Source: Coriobacteriia bacterium (GTDB lineage: Bacteria > Actinomycetota > Coriobacteriia > Coriobacteriales > UBA8131). From it: DNA of 28,083 nucleotides. The number at the start of each line of letters is the position of its first letter. Position 1 is the stretch's first letter. The stretch spans positions 1 to 28,083 of the forward strand of contig WRFC01000001.1 of assembly GCA_009779015.1 (NCBI GenBank), written 5' to 3'. Below the pieces are notes generated by a model that was given only the letters and a program-made list of their open reading frames with translations, was not told the DNA's origin and searched no databases. Below, piece by piece: positions 1 to 7,828 of the stretch. Both the position numbers and the translations under genes were made by a program.

Positions 1-78
1 GAGCACGAGCACGAGCACGAGCACGAGCATGACCACGAGCACGAACATGACCACGGACACGGGCACGACCACAGCCAT
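1..78 (+). repeat. Degenerate 6-bp tandem repeat (GAGCAC-like) encoding the (E/D/G)H tract
   Basis: gagcac x4, gagcat, gaccac, gagcac, gaacat, gaccac, ggacac, gggcac, gaccac, agccat. Confidence 0.85.
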
Positions 79-459
79 GGCGCCCTGCACGAATACATTG
101 ACGAAGAGCATGGCTACTCGATCAGCATCATGCAACACGACGAGGCGTTGGTAGCCTCCCTCGTAATCGATCTCCAGGGGGCGGCCGAAGACACCCAGAG
201 GCTCGTGGCTACGCGCCTCGAGCAACTGGTCGCCACACTCCAGGCTGACGATGTCATGATCGGCCATATCAAGGGGGCGCTCACCCGCTTGACCCCGCTG
301 GCGACATTCCATAGCGTCGGGGCCGGCCTCCAGACCCAGCAGTTCGAAGCCAAATCCTGCAAGCTCGAGCTGGCGGTCATCGTCTTCAATATCGGCGAGG
401 GCCGATTGCTCGAGATTGTCCAGCACGAGGCTGGTGAGCTGGCACATGCTGCCCATTGA
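1..459 (+). CDS. His-rich putative metal-binding protein, 5'-truncated by window edge
   Basis: Frame 1 is open from base 1: EHEHEHEHEHDHEHEHDHGHGHDHSHG...YSISIMQHDEAL...MIGHIKGAL..., stop at 459. The ORF track starts only at the internal Met at 130. Confidence 0.7.
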   Translation, partial: EHEHEHEHEHDHEHEHDHGHGHDHSHGALHEYIDEEHGYSISIMQHDEALVASLVIDLQGAAEDTQRLVATRLEQLVATLQADDVMIGHIKGALTRLTPLATFHSVGAGLQTQQFEAKSCKLELAVIVFNIGEGRLLEIVQHEAGELAHAAH

Positions 460-528
460 TGAGATTTCGCATTTTTGTCACCGAAGTGATACATGTCGTA
501 AAAAAATCCGCAAGCCTAACAACGATCT

Positions 529-583
529 GAAAAAGATACAAGAAGATGCTCTGGGCGCGCGATAGGATGAGCTTACCTATAAT
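529..583 (+). promoter_or_regulatory. Putative activator-dependent promoter of the metF-acsE-fhs-fchA-folD unit
   Basis: GAAAAAGATACAAGAA (529-544), 18 nt, TAGGAT (563-568). A perfect TATAAT at 578-583 is an alternative -10. No TTGACA-like -35. Confidence 0.45.
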
Positions 584-667
584 TACAGGGGGATGGGACG
601 TTTATGCCGTCAGGCATATACGGTCTCGCCTGTAAAAGTCAGTTGTAGATTGGGATGGGAGAAATCT

Positions 668-2293
668 ATGTCGAATCGCTTTCGAGAGGCTTTGGAGTCT
701 GGCGAGTTCGTCGTTACCTGCGAGTTAATCCCAGGTAGGGGCGCAAACGAGCCGTCTCAGGTGAAGGAGTACGATGCCGCAGTAGCAATTTACGGGACTG
801 GTCGGGTACACGCAATCTCCATCACCGACAACCCAGGGGGAAACCCAGCAATTGCTGCTGATGCCTTCGCTGATGAGCTGGAGAATCAGGGTGTCCCGAC
901 ACTGGTGCACTTCACTTGCAAAGACAAGAACCGTAACCAGATGCAAGCCCAGCTGTACTCCATGCAGCGCCGCGGCCTCGAGAACCTGCTCGTAATGTCT
1001 GGCGATTACGTGTATTCAGGCTGGGAGGGGCGTTCGCGGCCAGTCTTTGACCTCGACCCGGTCCAGGCTACGATGCTGGTCACCGACATGAACTCTGGCC
1101 TCGTCATCAAAGGCCCAAAAGGCGACACGCGCGAACAAGCGGCGCATTTCTACTCGGGTGCTTGTGTCAGCCCCTTCAAATGGACAGAGGCCGAGACGAT
1201 GACCCAGTATTGGAAGATGGAGAAAAAGCTCGCTGCGGGCGCTAACTTCATCATCCAACAGCTTGGCTATGATGCCCGGAAGATGGAAGAGCAGCTCTTC
1301 TATGTCCGTGAAAAGGGCTACGGCGACGTCCCCATGATCGCCAATATCTATATCATCTCCGCCGGTGTTGCCAAATTCATGAAGGGTGGCAACATCCCTG
1401 GCGGCTTCATGAGCGACGAGCTTCTCGGAATCCTTCAAGAAGAGGCAAAAGCCGAGGATAAGGGCAAGGCCACTCGCTTGCTCCGGGCCGCCAAGATGGT
1501 CGCGATCGCTCGCGGCCTCGGTTATGCTGGCGTGCATATCGGTGGCAATGGCCTGACTGCCGAGATCTTCAACACGATCCTTGACCAAGCTGACGAGATC
1601 CAGGACCAATGGCGCGATTGGGTCAAAGAGATCCATTATGGACAGCCGGACGGGTTCTATCTCTACAAGCCCGAGCTGGATGCCAACGGCGTCCCTACCG
1701 GGTTCAATACGCATGAGCGTGCCCCGCTGACCGACAGCTATCACAACAAAAAGAAGATCCTCAAGGGCTACGGCCTTTCCCGCGCCTTCCATTATTGGGT
1801 CTTGACGCCAAACAAGCGCTTCTATGGCATGCTCCGTTCGCGCATGGATGGCCTGGACCGCAAGAAGGGCGTGAACCGCGAACACGGCTTAGAGCACACC
1901 TGCAAGGCCATGCTCTATGGCTGCATGGATTGCGGAGACTGCGGCCTCTTGGTCACGAGCTACACCTGCCCGATGTCCGGATGCCCAAAGAGCCAGCGCA
2001 ATGGACCATGCGGTGGCGGTGCCGATGGCTGGTGCGAGGTCTACCCGAATGAGCGCTATTGCATCCATGTCAAGAACTACCATCGGCGCAAGAAGTTCAA
2101 CGAGCTTGTAGAGCTTGATTCGTTCATCACTCCCCCCAACAACTGGGACTTCTCCCACACATCCGGGTGGAGCAACTATACCCATGAAAGAGATAACACC
2201 TACGGGCGGACTTATCTCCAAACACCGGACCAGCGGCCGCAGGCTGCCAAAAATAAAAGGACCGGAGCCGAAAACGAGAGTAAGGAGAGTTAA
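668..2293 (+). CDS. metF: Methylene-THF reductase (MetF) with fused C-terminal MetV-like (MTHFR_C) Cys-rich domain
   Basis: TCELIPG (catalytic Glu), ISITDNPGG, HFTCKDKN, VMSGD, GANFIIQQLGYD; C-terminal CMDCGDC..CP..CPKSQRNGPCGG..CEV..C. ATG at 668 follows a GGGAG SD; the ORF-track start at 593 is probably too long. Confidence 0.9.
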   Translation: MSNRFREALESGEFVVTCELIPGRGANEPSQVKEYDAAVAIYGTGRVHAISITDNPGGNPAIAADAFADELENQGVPTLVHFTCKDKNRNQMQAQLYSMQRRGLENLLVMSGDYVYSGWEGRSRPVFDLDPVQATMLVTDMNSGLVIKGPKGDTREQAAHFYSGACVSPFKWTEAETMTQYWKMEKKLAAGANFIIQQLGYDARKMEEQLFYVREKGYGDVPMIANIYIISAGVAKFMKGGNIPGGFMSDELLGILQEEAKAEDKGKATRLLRAAKMVAIARGLGYAGVHIGGNGLTAEIFNTILDQADEIQDQWRDWVKEIHYGQPDGFYLYKPELDANGVPTGFNTHERAPLTDSYHNKKKILKGYGLSRAFHYWVLTPNKRFYGMLRSRMDGLDRKKGVNREHGLEHTCKAMLYGCMDCGDCGLLVTSYTCPMSGCPKSQRNGPCGGGADGWCEVYPNERYCIHVKNYHRRKKFNELVELDSFITPPNNWDFSHTSGWSNYTHERDNTYGRTYLQTPDQRPQAAKNKRTGAENESKES

Positions 2294-3091
2294 ATGATCA
2301 TCATCGCCGAAAAGATTAATGGATTTATCAAGAGGACGATGGAAGCCATCGAGGCAAAGGACGAGGCCTATCTGAAGGAACTCGCCGTCAAGCAGACCGC
2401 CGGTGGAGCCAGCTACATCGACATCTGCGCAGGCACCATGCCTGAAGTCGAGCGCGAGACCATGGAATGGTTGATCAACCTCGTACAAGACACTGTAGAC
2501 ACACCACTGAGCATCGACAGCTCCGACCCGCAGGTCATCGTCGATATGCTCCCGTTGGCCAAAAAGCCTGGCCTGGTCAACTCGATCTCCATGGAGGCCG
2601 GCAAGGCTGAGACCGTGTTCCCGGCAATCGAGGGCACAGAGTGGAAAGTCGTCGCACTGACCTGCGACAACGACGGAATTCCGGATACTGCCGAAGCTAA
2701 GTTCGAAATCGGCAAGAAGATCATTGAGCAGGCCGCCGAATACGGCATCGGCCTTGACCGCCTCTTCATCGATCCATGCGTAACCACGCTTGCGACCACC
2801 CAGAACTGCCTGGTCAGCTTTATCGGCGCCATGAAGCTCCTGCGCGCTGCTTATCCGGGCATTCAGTTCACATCCGGCCTTTCGAATATCTCTTTTGGTA
2901 TGCCTTACCGCAAGGCCATCAACATGCAGTTCCTCGCCCTCGCCCTTTATGAGGGTATGGACAGCGCTATCATCGATCCGACCTCTTCTGACATGCAGGC
3001 CGTTCTGCATGCAGTCGAAGCCCTGCTGGGCCATGATGAATACTGCATGAACTACCTGACCGCCTTCCGTAATGGCATGTTCGGCAAGTAA
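2294..3091 (+). CDS. acsE: Methyl-THF:corrinoid methyltransferase (AcsE/MeTr family, pterin-binding TIM barrel)
   Basis: MIIIAEKING, YIDICAG, PLSIDS, LVNSIS, LFIDP, GLSNISFGMP. Abuts the metF stop, with AGGAG SD. Confidence 0.88.
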   Translation: MIIIAEKINGFIKRTMEAIEAKDEAYLKELAVKQTAGGASYIDICAGTMPEVERETMEWLINLVQDTVDTPLSIDSSDPQVIVDMLPLAKKPGLVNSISMEAGKAETVFPAIEGTEWKVVALTCDNDGIPDTAEAKFEIGKKIIEQAAEYGIGLDRLFIDPCVTTLATTQNCLVSFIGAMKLLRAAYPGIQFTSGLSNISFGMPYRKAINMQFLALALYEGMDSAIIDPTSSDMQAVLHAVEALLGHDEYCMNYLTAFRNGMFGK

Positions 3092-3266
3092 ACTTAGAGA
3101 CCAAGTACTATTGACAAGGGGTTTTGTCCAGGGCTTGATGAACCTTGGGCCTAAAAGTTCTAAATTTGAGGGTAACTGGGGTCTCATCAGCCCCAATCCC
3201 CCCTATCAGAAGTGCGGAATAGCAAGAACATCGTCTATGTCTTTTTGACAGAAGGAGTGACGTACT

Positions 3267-4943
3267 ATGGCAGAAATTAAATCCGATATCGAGATCGCGC
3301 AATCTGTAACGCCGCGTCAGATCACCGATGTCGCGGCCGACCTGAACCTCGACAAAGAGTATTTCGAGCCCTATGGCTATTACAAAGCCAAGATCGATTT
3401 TAATGTTTTGAACAAGATCGACCGTCCCGAGGGAAAGCTGATCCTCGTCACAGCCATTACCCCAACGCCTGCTGGCGAAGGTAAGACCACGACCACCGTA
3501 GGCCTTTCAGACGGCCTGAAGAAGCTTGGCAAGAACGTTGTCGTCGCACTGCGCGAGCCCTCGCTCGGCCCGGTCTTCGGCGTCAAGGGCGGTGCCGCTG
3601 GCGGCGGTTGGTCTCAGGTCGTTCCGATGGAGGACATCAACCTGCACTTCACCGGTGACTTCCATGCCATCAGCGCAGCCAACAACCTGCTCGCAGCCTT
3701 GATCGACAACCACATCTATCAGGGCAATGCCCTGGACATCAACGTCCGCAACATCACCTGGAGGCGCTGCGTCGACATGAACGACCGTCAGCTGCGCTTT
3801 ATCGTTGACGGCCTCGGTGGCAAGTCCAATGGCGTTCCGCGCGAGGATGGCTACGACATCACCGTCGCTTCTGAGATCATGGCCATCTTCTGCCTGGCCA
3901 CCTCGGTCACCGACCTCAAAGAGCGCATTGCGCGCATCATCATCGGCTATAACCGTGCAGGCGAGCCTGTCACGGCCGGCCAGCTGAACGCCCAAGGCGC
4001 CATGGCTGCCCTCCTCAAAGATGCCTTGAAGCCGAACCTTGTCCAGACCCTCGAGGGCACACCGGCCTTCGTCCATGGCGGCCCCTTCGCCAATATCGCA
4101 CATGGCTGCAACTCCATCATCGCCACCCGCATGGCCTTGAAGCTCGGCGATTATGCCGTCACAGAGGCTGGCTTTGGCGCTGACCTCGGTGCTGAGAAGT
4201 TCCTGGACATCAAGTGCCGTGTTGCTGGCCTGAAGCCTTCTGCTGTCGTCATCGTCGCCACCGTCCGTGCCCTCAAGATGCACGGTGGCAAGCCGAAGAC
4301 CGAGCTGAACACCGAGGACCTGGTAGCCCTGAAGGCCGGCCTCCCCAACCTGCTTCAACACGTCTCGAATATCACAGACGTCTTCCATCTGCCGGCAGTC
4401 GTGGCCATCAATGCCTTCCCAACAGATACCGCAGCTGAGCTCCAGCTGGTCGAAGACGAGTGCAAGGCCCTCGGCGTCAATGCCGTTCTGGCTGAGCATT
4501 GGGCAAAGGGTGGAGAAGGCGCCCTCAAGCTGGCCGAAGAAGTCATTCGCGTGACTGACGAGCCCAATAACTTCACGCAGTCCTATCCGCTCGATATGAG
4601 CATCGAGGATAAGATCAACGCCATCGCCACAAAGATCTATCATGCAGACGGTGTGGACTATACCCCGCAAGCCAAGGAGCAGGCGAAAGTCCTGACCAGC
4701 CTCGGCTTTGACAAGCTCCCGATCTGCATGGCCAAGACACAGTACTCATTCTCTGACAATATGGCCCTTTTGGGTGCCCCCAAGGGCTTCAGGGTCACCG
4801 TACGCAACCTCAAGGTCTCGGCCGGCGCTGGTTTCATCGTCGCACTGACAGGCGAGATTATGACGATGCCTGGCCTGCCCAAGCTGCCTGCGGCTGAGAA
4901 GATCGATGTCGATGCCAGTGGCGTGATCTCAGGACTGTTCTAA
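3267..4943 (+). CDS. fhs: Formate--tetrahydrofolate ligase
   Basis: [68 protein letters not shown]; 558 aa. Confidence 0.98.
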   Translation: MAEIKSDIEIAQSVTPRQITDVAADLNLDKEYFEPYGYYKAKIDFNVLNKIDRPEGKLILVTAITPTPAGEGKTTTTVGLSDGLKKLGKNVVVALREPSLGPVFGVKGGAAGGGWSQVVPMEDINLHFTGDFHAISAANNLLAALIDNHIYQGNALDINVRNITWRRCVDMNDRQLRFIVDGLGGKSNGVPREDGYDITVASEIMAIFCLATSVTDLKERIARIIIGYNRAGEPVTAGQLNAQGAMAALLKDALKPNLVQTLEGTPAFVHGGPFANIAHGCNSIIATRMALKLGDYAVTEAGFGADLGAEKFLDIKCRVAGLKPSAVVIVATVRALKMHGGKPKTELNTEDLVALKAGLPNLLQHVSNITDVFHLPAVVAINAFPTDTAAELQLVEDECKALGVNAVLAEHWAKGGEGALKLAEEVIRVTDEPNNFTQSYPLDMSIEDKINAIATKIYHADGVDYTPQAKEQAKVLTSLGFDKLPICMAKTQYSFSDNMALLGAPKGFRVTVRNLKVSAGAGFIVALTGEIMTMPGLPKLPAAEKIDVDASGVISGLF

Positions 4944-4945
4944 TA

Positions 4946-5581
4946 ATGGACACTGCGTTCACAAAACGCTCCTGCGAAGACTTCGTTGATGTCCTCGCAT
5001 CGGCTGCACCGGTGCCCGGTGGCGGCGGCGGCTCAGCATTGGCTGGTGCGCTTGGCACCGCCCTTGGCAACATGGTCGGATCACTGACTGTCGGTAAGCC
5101 AAAGTTTGCTGATGTCGAGGCCGATATGATCGAGCTCAAAGCAAAGTGCGACGACTTGCAAAGACGATTGCTTGACTTGGTGGCCGCAGATGCCGAGTCT
5201 TTTCAGCCTCTCTCCAAGGCCTATGGCCTGCCCAAAGAGACAGAAGAGGAGAAGGCGCATAAGGCCGAAGTAATGGAGGCCTGTCTGCGTGAGGCTTGTT
5301 CTGTGCCGATCGCGATCATGGACGCCTGCTGCGAGGCCATCGATGTACACGAGCAATTTGCCGCTAAAGGCACGCCGATCGCAATCTCAGATGTCGGCGT
5401 TGGCGTGAAGTTCTGCCAAGCTGCTCTACAAGGTGCAAGCCTGAACGTCTTTATCAATACGTCTTCAATGACTGACCGGGCTTACGCCCAAGAGGTCGAA
5501 GACAAGGCAAACAAGCTTCTGGCAGACTATGTGCCAAAAGCCGAATCGATCTTCCAGGACGTTGCTCGACGTTTTAAGTAA
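4946..5581 (+). CDS. fchA: Methenyl-THF cyclohydrolase (FchA; cyclodeaminase/cyclohydrolase family)
   Basis: FVDVLASAAPVPGGGGGSALAGALG, D-A-E-S-F, AISDVGVG, LNVFINT; 2 nt after the fhs stop. Confidence 0.88.
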   Translation: MDTAFTKRSCEDFVDVLASAAPVPGGGGGSALAGALGTALGNMVGSLTVGKPKFADVEADMIELKAKCDDLQRRLLDLVAADAESFQPLSKAYGLPKETEEEKAHKAEVMEACLREACSVPIAIMDACCEAIDVHEQFAAKGTPIAISDVGVGVKFCQAALQGASLNVFINTSSMTDRAYAQEVEDKANKLLADYVPKAESIFQDVARRFK

Positions 5582-5593
5582 ACTCTCGAACAG

Positions 5594-5628
5594 AAAAAGG
5601 GACATGCCCGGGCATGTCCCTTTTTTTT
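5594..5628 (+). terminator. Intrinsic terminator between fchA and folD (possibly bidirectional)
   Basis: AAAAA-GGGACATGC-CCGG-GCATGTCCC-T8; 5594-5625 is a perfect palindrome. Confidence 0.8.
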
Positions 5629-5651
5629 ACGAGGATAAGAAAGGAGCCAAT

Positions 5652-6503
5652 GTGGCTACGGTACTCAAAGGGGCTGAGGTGTCAGAAGCCCTGAACACGA
5701 AGATCATGGAAGAATCTGAGGCGCTGAAGGCCATGGGCGTCAACCCGACATTAGCGATCCTCCGGGTCGGCGAGCGCGGAGATGATATCTCTTATGAAAA
5801 GGGAGTGACCAAGCGTGCAGAGAAAGTCGGGGTGGCTATCAAGAACGTATTGCTCCCCGCAGATGTCGCTCAAGAAGTTTTAATTAAGGCTATTGAGGAC
5901 CTGAACGCGGACAAATCCGTTCATGGGGTCTTGATGTTCCGCCCGCTCCCAGATCACCTTGATGAAGACGTTGTGAGAAACATGCTCGAGCCGAGCAAGG
6001 ACATTGACGGCATTACCGATGCTTCGATGTCTGGGGTATTCGCAGGCATCCATACGGGTTTCGCACCTTGTACGCCATCCGCGTGCATGGAGATCCTTGA
6101 GCATTTTGGTGTTGACGCAAAGGGCAAGCATGCAGTGGTAGTCGGCCGCAGTCTTGTGGTTGGCAAACCTGCAGCCATGATGCTTTTAGACCGAAACGCC
6201 ACAGTCACTATCGCACACTCGCGGACAGCAGACCTCCCATCAGTCGTCCGTGAGGCTGATATCGTGATTGCTTGTGTCGGTCGCGCGAAAATGGTAGAGG
6301 CAAGCTACCTGAAACCTGGGCAGATTGTCATTGATGTGGGTATCAATGTCTTAGAGGATGGCTCGTTGTCTGGAGATGTTGACTTTGAGGCGGCTTCATC
6401 GATCGTCGAAGCCATCACGCCTGTCCCAGGCGGTGTCGGAGCCGTGACCACAAGCGTGAACTTAAAACATGTGGTCGAAGCTGCGCGCAATCAAAACAGT
6501 TAA
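5652..6503 (+). CDS. folD: FolD-family methylene-THF dehydrogenase, probably lacking cyclohydrolase activity
   Basis: KDIDG, PCTP, VVVGRSLVVGKP, AHSRT, VIDVGIN, GDVDF, ITPVPGGVG. GTG start at 5652 after AAGGAG; the ORF-track start at 5529 runs through the terminator. Confidence 0.93.
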   Translation: MATVLKGAEVSEALNTKIMEESEALKAMGVNPTLAILRVGERGDDISYEKGVTKRAEKVGVAIKNVLLPADVAQEVLIKAIEDLNADKSVHGVLMFRPLPDHLDEDVVRNMLEPSKDIDGITDASMSGVFAGIHTGFAPCTPSACMEILEHFGVDAKGKHAVVVGRSLVVGKPAAMMLLDRNATVTIAHSRTADLPSVVREADIVIACVGRAKMVEASYLKPGQIVIDVGINVLEDGSLSGDVDFEAASSIVEAITPVPGGVGAVTTSVNLKHVVEAARNQNS

Positions 6504-6533
6504 CAAGAAACTCGAAGAGCAAGACAATAAAAT
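6503..6533 (+). promoter_or_regulatory. Putative promoter of the FNT gene (same architecture as the metF and mtaB promoters)
   Basis: ACAAGAA (6503-6509), 18 nt, TAAAAT (6528-6533). Confidence 0.4.
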
Positions 6534-6633
6534 TACGATGAACATTAGAGCTTTGATCTATCAAGGCTCTAATGTTTCTTACCTCAAAACGTTTTAATGG
6601 CATTACCAAGGCAAGAGGAGGAGGATCAAGCTC

Positions 6634-7536
6634 ATGGATGATAACGATATTATTAAGGAGATCAGGCAAGATGTCGCGGCCATTCGACCAGATGTTTTAG
6701 TGCCATCAGAAATCGTTGCAAAAGCCGAAGCGATCGGCCACGGAAAAGCCAATACAGAGTTCTTAAGGTTGGCTGTATTAGCGGTGATGGCCGGCTTGTT
6801 TGTCGGTATGGGCGGAATGTTCTTGCTCTTGATCAAATCAGATACGAGCCTCCCCTACTTTGCCAGCCAAATACTCGGTGGCCTTTGCTTTTGCCTAGCC
6901 CTTTTCTTGGTCGTAGCCGCCGGAGCCGAGCAGTTCGCAGGCAACACCTTGATGGTCGTCGGAAGCCTGTCCAAAAAATACAGCTGGGGCAGCCTTTTGC
7001 GGACTTGGGGCATTGTCTGGGTGTTTAACTTCGTTGGATCGCTGCTGCTGGTCTTCCTCCTCTTCTTTGCTGCCTATTGGAAGGCCGACGGAGGCGCCAT
7101 TGGGGTCGCTATGGTCACAGTCAGCCTAGACAAGATCGCTCAAGGTCAAGCCAGCCTGGGGCCGTCCGGCTGGGTGACTATCCTTTTTAAGGGCATTATG
7201 TGCAACTTCCTCTTTGGCCTGGCTGTTTGGATCGGTTACTCAGGACGCACCGTTGTCGACAAGCTGGCAGCTATCGTATTGCCAGTGACAGCATTCGTGG
7301 CCTGTGGCTTTGAGCACAGCGTCGCTAACATGTTCTTGCTTCCGATGGGGTGGCTGATCAAGGTCACTGGGGTCATCGACACCTCGGCCATCAGTGGCAT
7401 CAACATGCTGTCGGTTGGTGGGATCTTCTATAACATCTCTGCCGCCACAATCGGGAACATCATCGGTGGCGCTGGCCTGGTCGGGTTATCCTATTGGTTG
7501 GCCTACCGGAAGAGTCAGAAAGTAAAAAATTCCTAG
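6634..7536 (+). CDS. Formate/nitrite transporter (FNT, FocA/FdhC family) with non-canonical pore residues
   Basis: AVMAGLFVGMG, GAEQFAGN, GNxVGS-like NFVGS, KGIMCN..LAVW, FVACGFEHSVANM, TIGNIIGG; six hydrophobic segments; GGAGGA SD. Confidence 0.92.
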   Translation: MDDNDIIKEIRQDVAAIRPDVLVPSEIVAKAEAIGHGKANTEFLRLAVLAVMAGLFVGMGGMFLLLIKSDTSLPYFASQILGGLCFCLALFLVVAAGAEQFAGNTLMVVGSLSKKYSWGSLLRTWGIVWVFNFVGSLLLVFLLFFAAYWKADGGAIGVAMVTVSLDKIAQGQASLGPSGWVTILFKGIMCNFLFGLAVWIGYSGRTVVDKLAAIVLPVTAFVACGFEHSVANMFLLPMGWLIKVTGVIDTSAISGINMLSVGGIFYNISAATIGNIIGGAGLVGLSYWLAYRKSQKVKNS

Positions 7537-7828
7537 TAATTATCCCTGTCAAAAATTGAATGCAGCTATACCGTTCACGGTTGAACATTATCCACTCACA
7601 GAGGGAGGTTTTGCCTTGAAGCGGCAGAGCTGTGAAATAGAAGGTTTAGATTTCAACTTCGTTAAAAAAGGGTTACAATGTTTTTCTGCATTGTTATGTC
7701 ATGGTTTAAGGATCAAGATGATTTGCGGGCTTGCTCCACGAATTGACTGAGGAGTCGGGAGCAAATAATCAATTGCTTATAAAGGGAGAGGGCAATTTTC
7801 GCATTAGCAGGTCCAGGGAGGGCTTACA

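Noticed and set aside
3092-3266. Possible THF or ZTP riboswitch upstream of fhs
   Set aside because: Only short hairpins and a TTGACA are visible; the conserved ZTP (GACUGGCG...CUGGGC) and THF cores are not present. An Rfam scan would be decisive.
5600-5619. GGACATGCCCGGGCATGTCC equals the eukaryotic p53 consensus site used in synthetic constructs
   Set aside because: It is the stem of a bacterial terminator with native flanks and a T8 tract; no vector sequence nearby, so coincidence.
7556-7750. 64-aa ORF between the FNT gene and the regulator
   Set aside because: TTG start without a convincing SD and no recognisable motif, in AT-rich promoter-like DNA; probably spurious.
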